Source: Pectinatus sp.
GTDB lineage: Bacteria; Bacillota; Negativicutes; Selenomonadales; Selenomonadaceae
Assembly (NCBI GenBank): GCA_020025135.1
Contig: JAHHSQ010000001.1
Span: 179-64,178 of the forward strand
Direction of reading: 5' to 3'
DNA length: 64,000 bases
Shown: piece by piece, positions 8,134 through 18,074 of the stretch
Layout: the number at the start of each line of letters is the position of its first letter
Numbering within the stretch: the first letter of the stretch is position 1
Notes under the pieces: generated by a model
Seen by the model: only the letters and a program-made list of their open reading frames with translations
The model's database searches: none
Told to the model about the DNA's origin: nothing
Program-made: the position numbers and the translations under genes

Positions 8134-10629
8134 TTATATGTTTTTATCTGTATCTTTATCGATAACACCTCTGAAAAAATGGCCTCTTGTATAGTTAGGG
8201 CCAATGATTTTTTCAATAATTTGTTTATTATTTTTTAGGTAGCTGTTGCCACCTTTTAAAACACTTTCGTAGGCGGTAATTAGTTCCGGTAAGCGTTTGG
8301 CATTAATATATCTGGCATCTAAGCGTAAACGAGATAAACCTGCTTGTTGTAGTTGCGGTAGATGGTTGAGCATATTTAATTCCCGCCCATTTAGTACATA
8401 CATATGACAGAATTGGTCAGTGACGAGAGGAAATTTTTCCCCTTTGCGGTCTTTAAAGAAGTAATGTCCTTTATCGCATGGCATTTTACACTTACCAGTG
8501 TCTAATTCGCCAAGGAAACTGCCGATACTACAATACTCAGAAATCATCAATTCTAAATTGCCGTAGACAAGGCACTCCATTGGCAAATCCGTATGACGGA
8601 TGATATTTTTTAATTGATTTAAATTCAGCTCTGGCGACAAGACGATGCCAGAAATATTTTCGGTTTGTAAGGCATCTATGGCAGCATTATTGAAAACATT
8701 TAAGGAAGTGTCTGCCCAAATAGGATGAGAAAATTGGCGACAGAGCTTTATTTGAGCCAAAGTTTGAGCATAGATAGTTTGAAATGGGAAGACTAGTAGT
8801 TTTTCCAAGAATTGAAAGAGAAAAGTTTGCTGTCTAACATTGAGGATGCGCGGTAGCGCTAAGCTAAGAGGAACGTGTTTAGCTTGCGCTAACTCTACGA
8901 TGGAACGACACTCAGCTAAGGTCAACATTCTGTGATGATAAGATGCTAAATGTAATAGCAGGTGCGGAGCACCATTTTGTAGTGCTGTTTTTGCCTTTTC
9001 CAACGTGTCGACACAAACTACCAATTCTGCTCGTTTAGGTAAAGGTAGAGTCCGTTTTCTCAACTGATAAAATTTATCAGTGTGGTCAATATGTGCATGA
9101 TGATAGTTTTGCAGGCGTAAGTCATTTAATTTATCTATACCATCGCGACGCAGTTTATTGAGTACGCTAGCTGGCAACATTATATCAGCAGATAAGGAAC
9201 AAATTAGTTTTTTTAGGAAATAACCAGAATTTCCCAAGCGATTGAGCTGTTTGTGGACATCGGCTTCTGTAGTAGCTCTTTTCAAAGCTAGAGGAACAAT
9301 AAAATCAGAAGTTACGGTGACTTGGTTACCTTGCTCATCAATCAATTGTAACTGTAACGGCTTGTTAACTTGTGCAGTTATATGCATGGAAAGTGGAATT
9401 CCAGTCGTTTCCTGAAAGGCATGAGCTTTTTGCCAAAGTTTGGCATCTAGAATTTTGAAAACACGGTCATGTGGGTGAACAGCTTGGTCTAATGGTACAT
9501 AAACTGTTTGTCCAGCCCTAGCTTCTTTCACTGGTTTTTCATGATAGAATATTTTAGTAATATCTGTATTGACGCGTCCACCGACTTTGACCCAAAAATC
9601 CAATTTATCGCCGATAGACAGGGCTTCGCTGAGTTTTATTTCGGCTAATTGTTGGCGCGGATTATAGCTAAGAACTCGACCCACTAAGAGTCCACGATTA
9701 TTTGGCCGTTTATCGCTAATCATGTTTTTGCCGAGATGACGCTTGAGATAAGCAGTAGTAAAATCGCGATTGAAAATTTGAGAGAGTTCTTTATTAGCCT
9801 GTTCGAGTGGAAAAGGCTTCTGCTTTAAGTAATCGTCAATTGCTTTACGATAATTTTGTACGACAATGGCCACATATTCTGGTTTTTTCATGCGACCTTC
9901 TATTTTGAAAGAAGTTACTCCGGCTTCGATTAGTTCTGGAATGAGTTCGATAGTCTTTAAATCGCGGGGACTGAGAAGATAATGTCCAGCATCTGTACCT
10001 GCGAGGAGATTTTCTCCTTTTTCATTAACTAATTCGTAAGGTAGGCGACAGGGCTGGGCACAACGACCACGATTACCACTGCGCCCACCGATGAGGCTAC
10101 TCATCAAACATTCACCAGAATAGCATACACAGATGGCTCCATGAATAAAGGTTTCAATTTCGATGGGAGAATTTTGGCAAATATATTTAATGTCCTCAAG
10201 TGACGTTTCTCTAGCCAAAACGACGCGTTTAAAACCTAGTTTGGCGAGCATTTGCACGCCCTCTAGTGTATTGACACTCATCTGGGTGCTAGCATGGAGA
10301 GTTAAATTGGGTACTAGAGAATGGGCTAAAGCGGCGACACCGAGGTCTTGCACGATAATGGCATCGACCTCGGTATTATATAGATAAAGCAAGTATTTTT
10401 TTAAATCAGCTAGTTCACTATCATCTACAACGGTATTTACCGTTACGTGAATTGCGACTGAATGGAGATGAGCATAATGCACGGCTTTGGGAAGTGTTTC
10501 TTCATCGAAATTATCAGCATAAGCACGTGCACCAAAGTTTTTTCCAGCTAGGTAAACGGCATTAGCACCATTTTCCACGGCAGCGACAAAGGCTTCCCAA
10601 GTACCAGCTGGAGCAAGTAGTTCAACCAT
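8134..10629 (-). CDS. U32-family peptidase-like protein (long, two-module form)
   Basis: MVELLAPAGTWEAFVAAVENGANAVYLAGKNFGARA... and the E..GALC.CYSG.C.LS motif region (FIHGAICVCYSGECLMSS) are typical of family U32. A second U32-like module sits in the C-terminal half. Confidence 0.8.
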   Translation of the reverse strand: MVELLAPAGTWEAFVAAVENGANAVYLAGKNFGARAYADNFDEETLPKAVHYAHLHSVAIHVTVNTVVDDSELADLKKYLLYLYNTEVDAIIVQDLGVAALAHSLVPNLTLHASTQMSVNTLEGVQMLAKLGFKRVVLARETSLEDIKYICQNSPIEIETFIHGAICVCYSGECLMSSLIGGRSGNRGRCAQPCRLPYELVNEKGENLLAGTDAGHYLLSPRDLKTIELIPELIEAGVTSFKIEGRMKKPEYVAIVVQNYRKAIDDYLKQKPFPLEQANKELSQIFNRDFTTAYLKRHLGKNMISDKRPNNRGLLVGRVLSYNPRQQLAEIKLSEALSIGDKLDFWVKVGGRVNTDITKIFYHEKPVKEARAGQTVYVPLDQAVHPHDRVFKILDAKLWQKAHAFQETTGIPLSMHITAQVNKPLQLQLIDEQGNQVTVTSDFIVPLALKRATTEADVHKQLNRLGNSGYFLKKLICSLSADIMLPASVLNKLRRDGIDKLNDLRLQNYHHAHIDHTDKFYQLRKRTLPLPKRAELVVCVDTLEKAKTALQNGAPHLLLHLASYHHRMLTLAECRSIVELAQAKHVPLSLALPRILNVRQQTFLFQFLEKLLVFPFQTIYAQTLAQIKLCRQFSHPIWADTSLNVFNNAAIDALQTENISGIVLSPELNLNQLKNIIRHTDLPMECLVYGNLELMISEYCSIGSFLGELDTGKCKMPCDKGHYFFKDRKGEKFPLVTDQFCHMYVLNGRELNMLNHLPQLQQAGLSRLRLDARYINAKRLPELITAYESVLKGGNSYLKNNKQIIEKIIGPNYTRGHFFRGVIDKDTDKNI

Positions 10630-10675
10630 AATTCCTCCTATAAAAATAAACGGTAGGCAACTGCATACCGCTTAC

Positions 10676-10915
10676 TCATTTATCTTCTAATAATTTTAGT
10701 AGTTCGTCATAGTCTTTTTTTAGTTTAAAATAGTCATCAGCTATGTTTAAGGCGACAATCATGCCAAGACGCTGATGCGGTAGATATTGATTGTTTTTTA
10801 ATAGGGTAATTTTGTTATTGATATATTCTGCTAAAGCTTTCATATAATCGGGGTCAAAATCACCTTTAACCGGATAATCCTCATTGTCAATTTTTAGAAT
10901 TAATTTGTTTTCCAT
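10676..10915 (-). CDS. zapA: Cell division protein ZapA-like
   Basis: 79-aa product MENKLILKIDNEDYPVKGDFDPDYMKALAEYINNKI...MIVALNIADDYFKLKKDYDELLKLLE has ZapA-like size and pattern. Start moved to the internal Met. Confidence 0.65.
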   Translation of the reverse strand: MENKLILKIDNEDYPVKGDFDPDYMKALAEYINNKITLLKNNQYLPHQRLGMIVALNIADDYFKLKKDYDELLKLLEDK

Positions 10916-11115
10916 TTTTTTCACCCAGTTTAGAAATGGTATACGATAGCTAAATAGCCTAAGACTGCTATTACAAATTCTATCAAAATATAACAACATA
11001 TGCAATAAATTAATTGTTAGAGGCCCTATTTAGGGAATTTAGAGAATATTTATCTTAATTTTATGCTCGTATGATATAATTAATTTCCAGATAGATTATA
11101 GTGAGGAGCAAACTT

Positions 11116-12783
11116 GTGTATAAGCGCAGTTTTATTTTGGTCGGGATATGTATTATTTTGGCAGTATTAATCCAAAATCTGTGTATTTTACCACCGCGTG
11201 GCCAAAATATCTCTCCCCAAGAACATTATAAGAAAAAAATAATTCTCATTCCCTTAGACAGTCGTCCTCCATGTAGTACATATGTAGTAGAAATGGGAAA
11301 ACTTCTAAATTGTGAAGTTATATTGCCACCGCGGAATTTGTTAGATTATTATACTCAGGCAGGGAAAACGCACTTGCTAGGGCAATGGTTGCTAGAAAAT
11401 GCTAAATGTAGCGATGGATTTATCATATCTTCAGACCAGTTATTATATGGTGGATTGTTGGCTTCCCGGGAAAAAAAGTTAACTTTAGAAAATGAGAATA
11501 ATTTATTTGCGATTTTAACTAAAATACATCAGCAAATGCCCACTAAACCGATATATCTGTTTAATATTCTGCCTAGGATGACTCCTCCAAGTAATATAAA
11601 TACGCGCAAAACGGTCAAGCAGTTGATGGAATACTCTCGCTTAGTGGATAAAATAAGTTTGGCGTATAATATTACTGACGTCAAAAAGATGGAAAAATTA
11701 CGCGCCTCGATACCGAAAGAAGCTCTTAATCAGTACGAGAGGCTATATGCCGTCAATGAAGAGTTTAATAAAAAGAGTATGTCCTTGGTGAAGGCTGGGG
11801 TTGTGAGCAAGTTGGTTATTGCGCAAGACGATGGAGAAGCTTATGGTATTCCCAATTTGGAAAAAAGACGCTTATATCAATTTATCGCCCAAAATAAACT
11901 CGATACAAGCAAGGTAATAATCACCCATGGGGCAGATGAAGTGGCCACCTCTCTTTTGCTTAATATGGGAAATGCACTCTATGGTAGGAAATACCACCCC
12001 AGAATTTTTGTGGAATATAATACTCCAGCAGCTGCAACGATGATAATGCCTTATATGGCCGTTTCCGTAGAGAGGACAGTGGCAGAAAAAATTGCTTTGG
12101 CGGATGGGTATAAGGTTGATGATTTAGAAAAGGCCGATTTTGTTTTGTTTGTCCATATTGGCGATACTAAATGGCTCTCAACTAGGCAGAAAAGTAGTCA
12201 AAGGATAAAGGCTCTTATAAATAGTGGCAAGAATGTAGCGTTAGTAGATTTGAGTAAACATTTTTGGGCCGATGAAACTGTTTTCCCAATATTAGTGCGT
12301 GAAAATGTGCCGATAAATAGGTTATTAGCATATGATGGCTGGAATACGGTTAGCAACTCTGTTGGCAATGCTGTAGCACAGGGAGCAATAGTGACAGAAG
12401 AAGAAAAATATGCTAGGGAGCAAAAAGAACAAATTTTTTTGCGTTTAAAAAATTTACAGATTTTGTACAATCACATTGCAGAGGATTATTTTTATTTAAA
12501 AGGCACAATAGATGCCGTGAATGGATATCTGCGTCAAGTTGGCGTAAGCAATGTGCATGATTTAAATATTGATAATAACTATATTTTGGCTAATGATTTA
12601 GTCGAACGAGAATTACAGAGGGAAATGCAGAATTTTTCTTATAGCCGAGCAGCAAAACAACCTCTTTTAGTGGGGAATACGAAAATATTTGTACATGATA
12701 TGAAAGTCTTTGCCTATTTTCCTTGGCCACGTACATTTGAGATACGTACGGCAGTAAATTATCAGGCTACTATTGGCAGATAG
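11116..12783 (+). CDS. Hypothetical membrane-anchored protein (possibly DUF4127 family)
   Basis: N-terminal TM segment, then IILIPLDSRPPCS... I recall this as DUF4127-like but cannot verify it. GAGGAG RBS lies upstream of the GTG at 11116. Confidence 0.5.
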   Translation: MYKRSFILVGICIILAVLIQNLCILPPRGQNISPQEHYKKKIILIPLDSRPPCSTYVVEMGKLLNCEVILPPRNLLDYYTQAGKTHLLGQWLLENAKCSDGFIISSDQLLYGGLLASREKKLTLENENNLFAILTKIHQQMPTKPIYLFNILPRMTPPSNINTRKTVKQLMEYSRLVDKISLAYNITDVKKMEKLRASIPKEALNQYERLYAVNEEFNKKSMSLVKAGVVSKLVIAQDDGEAYGIPNLEKRRLYQFIAQNKLDTSKVIITHGADEVATSLLLNMGNALYGRKYHPRIFVEYNTPAAATMIMPYMAVSVERTVAEKIALADGYKVDDLEKADFVLFVHIGDTKWLSTRQKSSQRIKALINSGKNVALVDLSKHFWADETVFPILVRENVPINRLLAYDGWNTVSNSVGNAVAQGAIVTEEEKYAREQKEQIFLRLKNLQILYNHIAEDYFYLKGTIDAVNGYLRQVGVSNVHDLNIDNNYILANDLVERELQREMQNFSYSRAAKQPLLVGNTKIFVHDMKVFAYFPWPRTFEIRTAVNYQATIGR

Positions 12784-13063
12784 TAATAGTAAATTAATTT
12801 CGACCAAGTAGAATATACGACGAGTAATAATGATATTTTAGGGTTGTATTGGGGGAGCGATAGACGAATGGCGTTAATCGCTCTATAATAAATTAAATGA
12901 AGTACAGTAGTGAGGATGGAAAATAGTTTTTTCATCTGATATTGTGTAAGGAGATTACCTCGAAGTGAGCAAGAGGACTTTGAGTAGAAGTTGCAGATTA
13001 ATAGAGAGGAGCGTTGCCACTGCCGATATGAATATGATAATTTATGTCTGAGTGGTTGAGAAT

Positions 13064-13774
13064 ATGCAAATATTAAGAAATGATTGGCAAAATTATCTCA
13101 ATGCCGAATTTCAAAAAGAATATTATTTGAATTTGCGAGAATTTTTGAAGCAGGAATACCGCAAGCGCGAAATATATCCGGATATGTATGATATCTTTAA
13201 CGCCCTGCATTATACTCCCTTGGAGAAATGTAAAGTGGTGATTATCGGGCAAGACCCTTATCATGAATTACATCAGGCTCATGGGCTTAGTTTTTCTGTT
13301 TGCCCAGGGGTGGCGATACCACCATCCTTGCGCAATATATTTCAAGAATTACGAGACGATATAGGCTGTACTATTCCACGACATGGTTGTTTAATTGAAT
13401 GGGCCAAACAAGGAGTTTTGCTTTTAAACACCGTTTTAACAGTGCGAGCTCATCAAGCTAATTCCCATCGTGGCAAAGGGTGGGAAATTTTCACTGACCG
13501 CATTATTGAGGTGCTCAATGCTTCGGAAAGACCACTAGTTTTTGTCTTGTGGGGGACACCAGCGAGAAGGAAAAAAATGATGATTGATACCAGCCGTCAC
13601 TTAGTTATAGAAGCACCCCATCCTAGCCCTTTGTCAGCCTATCGTGGTTTTTTTGGCAGTAAACCGTTTTCGAAAATTAATGCATTTTTGGCAAAGACGG
13701 GACAAACGCCGATAGACTGGCAAATTTCTGATGATTTGGTAGAAATTAAGAATAAATTGCAAGAAAAGAAGTGA
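13064..13774 (+). CDS. ung: Uracil-DNA glycosylase (family 1)
   Basis: Contains the GQDPYH and HPSPLS motifs. Length about 236 aa. Confidence 0.9.
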   Translation: MQILRNDWQNYLNAEFQKEYYLNLREFLKQEYRKREIYPDMYDIFNALHYTPLEKCKVVIIGQDPYHELHQAHGLSFSVCPGVAIPPSLRNIFQELRDDIGCTIPRHGCLIEWAKQGVLLLNTVLTVRAHQANSHRGKGWEIFTDRIIEVLNASERPLVFVLWGTPARRKKMMIDTSRHLVIEAPHPSPLSAYRGFFGSKPFSKINAFLAKTGQTPIDWQISDDLVEIKNKLQEKK

Positions 13775-13778
13775 TATT

Positions 13779-14435
13779 TTGAGATTAAGAAAAAAACCTT
13801 GGATAGAAACAGCGATTAAGGAATATGCCGATTTGGTTTTTCCAAAAGGGACATTTCAACCGGAAGAGCTAGCAGGACATTGGCAGGAAAGGTTTCCACA
13901 AAAGCAAGAATTACACGTAGAATTGGGAACTGGAAAGGGCGATTTTATAACGCAGAATGCGCTTTTGCACCCGGAAATCAACTTTTTGGGGATAGAATTG
14001 CAACAGGATGTCATTTTTTATGCGGTGAAGAAGGCGGCGGAATTAAATTTAAAAAATGTGCAATTTATTGTTTTTGATATTAATAAATTAGAAACACTTT
14101 TGCTGCCAAGAGAAGCGAAACGTTTCTATCTCAATTTTTCTGACCCTTGGCCCAAAAAACGCCATGCCAAACGTCGGTTGACTCATGTCGATTTTTTGAA
14201 AAAATATCAGCACCTTTTGGGAAAAGGAGGAGAAATTTTTTTGAAGACGGACAATAGACCGCTCTTTGATTTCTCTCTGACACAGTTTGCTTTAGTAGAT
14301 TGTGATGTGCGAGCTATTACTAACGATTTACATAATAGTGAATACAATGCCGAAAACATTCAGACGGAATATGAAAGAAAGTTTAGTGGTTTAGGAGAAA
14401 AGATAAATCGCTGTGAGGTTATTTTTCGGTCATGA
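13779..14435 (+). CDS. trmB: tRNA (guanine46-N7)-methyltransferase
   Basis: ELGTGKGDF, NFSDPWPKKRHAKRRL and the TEYERKF motif are typical of TrmB. Confidence 0.9.
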   Translation: MRLRKKPWIETAIKEYADLVFPKGTFQPEELAGHWQERFPQKQELHVELGTGKGDFITQNALLHPEINFLGIELQQDVIFYAVKKAAELNLKNVQFIVFDINKLETLLLPREAKRFYLNFSDPWPKKRHAKRRLTHVDFLKKYQHLLGKGGEIFLKTDNRPLFDFSLTQFALVDCDVRAITNDLHNSEYNAENIQTEYERKFSGLGEKINRCEVIFRS

Positions 14436-15990
14436 TGGCGACGAAGAGGGAAGATAATAAAAAGAAATTTTGGAAAAATGACCGCGAGACTTTGCTGGTG
14501 CTAATGTATGTTTTTATTGATAAAAGCAATTAAATTATTGCCGAAAATAGTAAGTATATAGAGCAATTTATATATCAAAGGGTAAAATCCACCTGAATTG
14601 CTGGAAACTCTTAAAGCTAATCGGACTGAAGCACGGTTTTGAAAGAGAAATTGTTTGACAGTAACGAAAGTAGAAAAAATCGATTAGATGGTAGATGGTT
14701 AAATCCTAAGTACTATAAATAGACAATCAGCAGCCAAACTTCTAAGAGAAGGAGGTTCAACGACTATCTAGAGTAGGTCCGAGTGGGCCGAAGTGGGTGG
14801 CTCTTCTGATACAGAAGATGAAGATATAGTCTGTGCTCATGGGAAATCATGAGAAGTTTATTAGAACTACACTAAATTAACGCCTTGGTGTGAACATATT
14901 TTGCAGTGCTATTGGCTCTTTGAACATATTTAGCTCCAGCTTTGTCACCGCTGATTTAGATTTTCATAATCCGTATTACTTTCTCATTCGGCATTTTATC
15001 GTCGTATTGATTGGTACGATTGGTTTTTTTGTCGGCAAGAGGGTTAATTATCAGATTTGGCGCGATAAGATTGTATATATATATTTCTTGACATTGTTGC
15101 TCCTTTTGTTGGTAGTAGTACACGGCGTTACTATCAATGGAGCGAAGCGCTGGATAAATTTGATTTGGTTTCAGTTACAACCATCAGAGTTGGTAAAGAT
15201 AGTGGGAGTTATTCTTACGAGTAGTTATATCAGTGCTTGCGCTAAGATGCACCGGGACATTTCACTTTTTAATAAAAACATTGTTGCGGTCGGTGTTTTA
15301 GCATTGCTGGTTTTAGAACAACCGGATTTGGGTACTAGTATGATTATTATTGGTGTTCCAATTATCATGTATATTGTGGCTGGTATCGACCAAAAGACGA
15401 TAACGATTTTATTAATTGGAACGCTATTAGCACTGGTTTTGCTTGTTTGGGCGAAACCATATCGCTGGGACAGAATTATGATTTGGTATGACCCGTGGGC
15501 TAGGGCGCAGGGAGATGGTTATCAAACGGTACAGTCCATAATTGCCATCGGTTCAGGCGGTTTTTGGGGCATGGGTATCGGTAAAGGGGTGGCTAAATAT
15601 GCCTATTTACCAGAGGCTCATACCGATTTTGCTTTTGCAATTTTCTCACAGGAAATGGGTATGATTGGCGTCGTTTGTATTTTTATCTTGTACATGATAT
15701 TTTACTTTTATGCTTGGCGCGTGGCGATAAAAGCTAGGGATGTTTATGGTCGGTTACTCGGTTTTGGCATAGTTGCTTTGTTAGTTAGCCAAACCTTAAT
15801 CAATTTGGCAATGGTCATAGGATTGTTGCCGGTAGTCGGAGTGCCATTACCATTTATCAGTTATGGGGGGACAGCATTGCTTGTAAATATGTTTATGCTA
15901 GGCATTTTACAGAATATTAGCTTGGTCACAGATAAATATCCTTTGAAATTAGTGCCTAAAGAGGGAAAAACATTCGGCCGTAGTGGATGA
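14432..15990 (+). CDS. FtsW/RodA/SpoVE-family (SEDS) protein, split by one group I intron
   Basis: join(14432..14517,14907..15990). Exon 1 encodes M(M)ATKREDNKKKFWKNDRETLLVLMYVF plus 2 nt. The spliced junction ...LLVLMYVF(I)AIGSLNIFSSSFV reconstitutes TM1 with the same spacing I recall for B. subtilis SpoVE (LLLVIITLLLLTIGLIMVYSASAV). Exon 2 carries the rest of the SEDS fold (QPSELVK, PDLGT, LPEAHTDFAF, PFISYGG). Confidence 0.8.
14518..14906 (+). ncRNA. Group I intron (subgroup IA-like, ORF-less), copy A in the ftsW-like gene
   Basis: 5' exon ends gtttttat|. Guide sequence GTAAG is at 14550-14554, followed by an 8-bp P2 hairpin with a GCAA loop. Core motifs: attgctgg (14597), aatcagcagcc, ggttcaacgactat (14754-14767), gatatagtctg (14823-14833). 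P3 is ccacct/gggtgg. P9 has a GAAA loop. The intron ends ...ttttgcag|. An alternative in-frame 3' splice site lies at 14903. Confidence 0.85.
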
Positions 15991-16047
15991 ATGTTTTATA
16001 TAGAAATGATAGGGAAGGGTATAGTTGGGGTGTATTTTCCCAAAATA

Positions 16048-16087
16048 ATAGAGGCTGTTTTATCATTAATGATAAAACAGCCTCTAT
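16048..16087. terminator. Bidirectional terminator between the convergent ftsW-like and speD-like genes
   Basis: Near-perfect 20-nt inverted repeat atagaggctgttttatcatt/aatgataaaacagcctctat, flanked by A/T runs. Confidence 0.6.
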
Positions 16088-16097
16088 TTATGAGAAC

Positions 16098-16577
16098 CTA
16101 TTTATTGCGGCGGAATTTCCGTAAAAATTTTGGCTTGGGAAGGAGATGCATAACCTTAACACCAGTATTTTGCAAACGACGCCACTGTGTCATTTTGGTC
16201 TTGATATGTGGTTTCATATCTGTTACAGTGCCAAAATCGCCCCGCCTTAAATATGTCATTTTTACTGTATCTGGTTTGAGGGTACGTCTTAAATCCTTAA
16301 TAGCTTTTTCTGGTAAATTGTTAGCTTTACACACGAATAAGTCTAAGGCAGCATAGCGCAGTTCTTCGTACACATCAACGGATAAATGGCCTTCTGCTAA
16401 TGGCAAAAAAATCGCAATATGATTATTGTGAAAGATACGATGTTCACCGTCTAAAGGGGTGTAGTCGTTGTCAGCAAGTGCAGTTTTTAAATTATGCATC
16501 AGTGCTTCTGTATCGGCTAGTTTATCCGGCTTGCAGGAATACATATCTATGGTGAGTTGACGAGCTAGAATATTCAC
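16098..16577 (-). CDS. S-adenosylmethionine decarboxylase (SpeD/SpeH)-like protein lacking the processing Ser
   Basis: The N-terminal 115 aa align to class 1 AdoMetDC as I recall it (..LTIDMYSC..DKL.., LAEGHLSVDVYEELRYAALDLFVC versus B. subtilis [25 protein letters not shown]). The E-S-H cleavage motif reads E-G-H here. There is an additional ~40-aa basic C-terminal tail. Confidence 0.6.
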   Translation of the reverse strand: MNILARQLTIDMYSCKPDKLADTEALMHNLKTALADNDYTPLDGEHRIFHNNHIAIFLPLAEGHLSVDVYEELRYAALDLFVCKANNLPEKAIKDLRRTLKPDTVKMTYLRRGDFGTVTDMKPHIKTKMTQWRRLQNTGVKVMHLLPKPKFLRKFRRNK

Positions 16578-16623
16578 TTTTTAATACAACTAACTATAAT
16601 GTCAGTTTACCTTTCTTCTATGA

Positions 16624-17721
16624 TTATTCGAGAAAATCTTTTAGTTTTTTACTGCGACTGGGGTGGCGCAATTTACGTAATGCTTTAGCTTCAATCTGGC
16701 GAATGCGTTCGCGTGTTACGCCAAAACTTTGCCCTACTTCTTCTAATGTTCTTGCTCTGCCGTCATCTAAGCCAAAACGCAACCGCAAAACTTTTTCTTC
16801 GCGCGGAGTGAGGGTTTTTAAGACATCTTCGAGCTGTTCCTTGAGTAAGACAAAGAAGGCCGCATCAATTGGTGCTGGTGCTTCATGGTCCTCAATAAAA
16901 TCACCGAGATGAGAATCTTCTTCTTCGCCAATTGGGGTTTCTAAGGAAACTGGTTCTTGGGCAATTTTCGATATCTCGTGCACTCTTTCCACAGTGATGC
17001 CCATTTCTTTGGCAATCTCATCTGGCGAAGGGTCACGACCGAGGGATTGGAGAAGTTGGCGAGAAACACGAATTAACTTGTTGATAGTTTCTACCATATG
17101 CACTGGAATGCGGATGGTGCGAGCTTGGTCAGCAATAGCGCGCGTGATGGCTTGACGAATCCACCAAGTTGCATAAGTACTGAATTTATAACCTTTATTG
17201 TAATCAAATTTTTCAACAGCCTTAATTAAGCCTAGATTTCCTTCTTGAATGAGGTCTAAGAACATCATTCCACGTCCGACATAACGTTTGGCGATGCTGA
17301 CAACTAGACGCAAATTTGCTTCAGCTAATCTCTTTTGCGCCTCTACATCGCCTTGCTCCATGCGTTTAGCTAGGGCAATTTCTTCTTCGGCAGTTAGTAG
17401 AGGAACGCGACCAATTTCTTTTAAATACATGCGAACTGGGTCGTCGATATTTATGCCTTCGGGGATACTCAAATCGAGGTGCGGTTTGTGTTCGGGTGCT
17501 TTTTTAGTTTTATTAGCATGTTGTTCATCGATGAGGTTTATACCACTTTTGGTAAATTCTTCGTAGAGATTATCTAGTTGCTCCGTAGAAATATCGATGT
17601 CTTTTATCGCATCCATGACCTCGTCATAGGTAAGAGACCCTTTCTTTTTTCCTTTTTTTAATAGGTTGATGATGCAGTCGGTATGTTTTTTACTTAGCGC
17701 AGGCTTATTGGAATCTGCCAT
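16624..17721 (-). CDS. sigA: Primary RNA polymerase sigma factor (sigma-70/SigA)
   Basis: Regions 1.2-4.2 are present: [67 protein letters not shown]. Confidence 0.95.
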   Translation of the reverse strand: MADSNKPALSKKHTDCIINLLKKGKKKGSLTYDEVMDAIKDIDISTEQLDNLYEEFTKSGINLIDEQHANKTKKAPEHKPHLDLSIPEGINIDDPVRMYLKEIGRVPLLTAEEEIALAKRMEQGDVEAQKRLAEANLRLVVSIAKRYVGRGMMFLDLIQEGNLGLIKAVEKFDYNKGYKFSTYATWWIRQAITRAIADQARTIRIPVHMVETINKLIRVSRQLLQSLGRDPSPDEIAKEMGITVERVHEISKIAQEPVSLETPIGEEEDSHLGDFIEDHEAPAPIDAAFFVLLKEQLEDVLKTLTPREEKVLRLRFGLDDGRARTLEEVGQSFGVTRERIRQIEAKALRKLRHPSRSKKLKDFLE

Positions 17722-18074
17722 TACTATACGCCTCCTCTCAAAGAATGGTTTGTACGAAATGCAAACCAGTAATTACAGATTTTATAGTCTCAATTCCAGT
17801 AGCGGATACGGTTTGCAGTCCTAAAACGGGGCATGTATTTTTTTATCTTGCTGGTATATCGACCACTTGGCCCTGCACACATCTTAAAGATGGCGTATTG
17901 CTTATTTTATCGGCAAATTGTTTGGCTAATGAATTGCCAAAATGATAAAATACTTTTAATAGCAGGGCGCGTTGATATTTCTCTCGAGATAAATGTACAA
18001 ATTCTATCTTTTGGAGAATATGGAATTTTTTAAATGATGATTAAAATTCTCTATCGCAAAAGTCAGAATACTGA

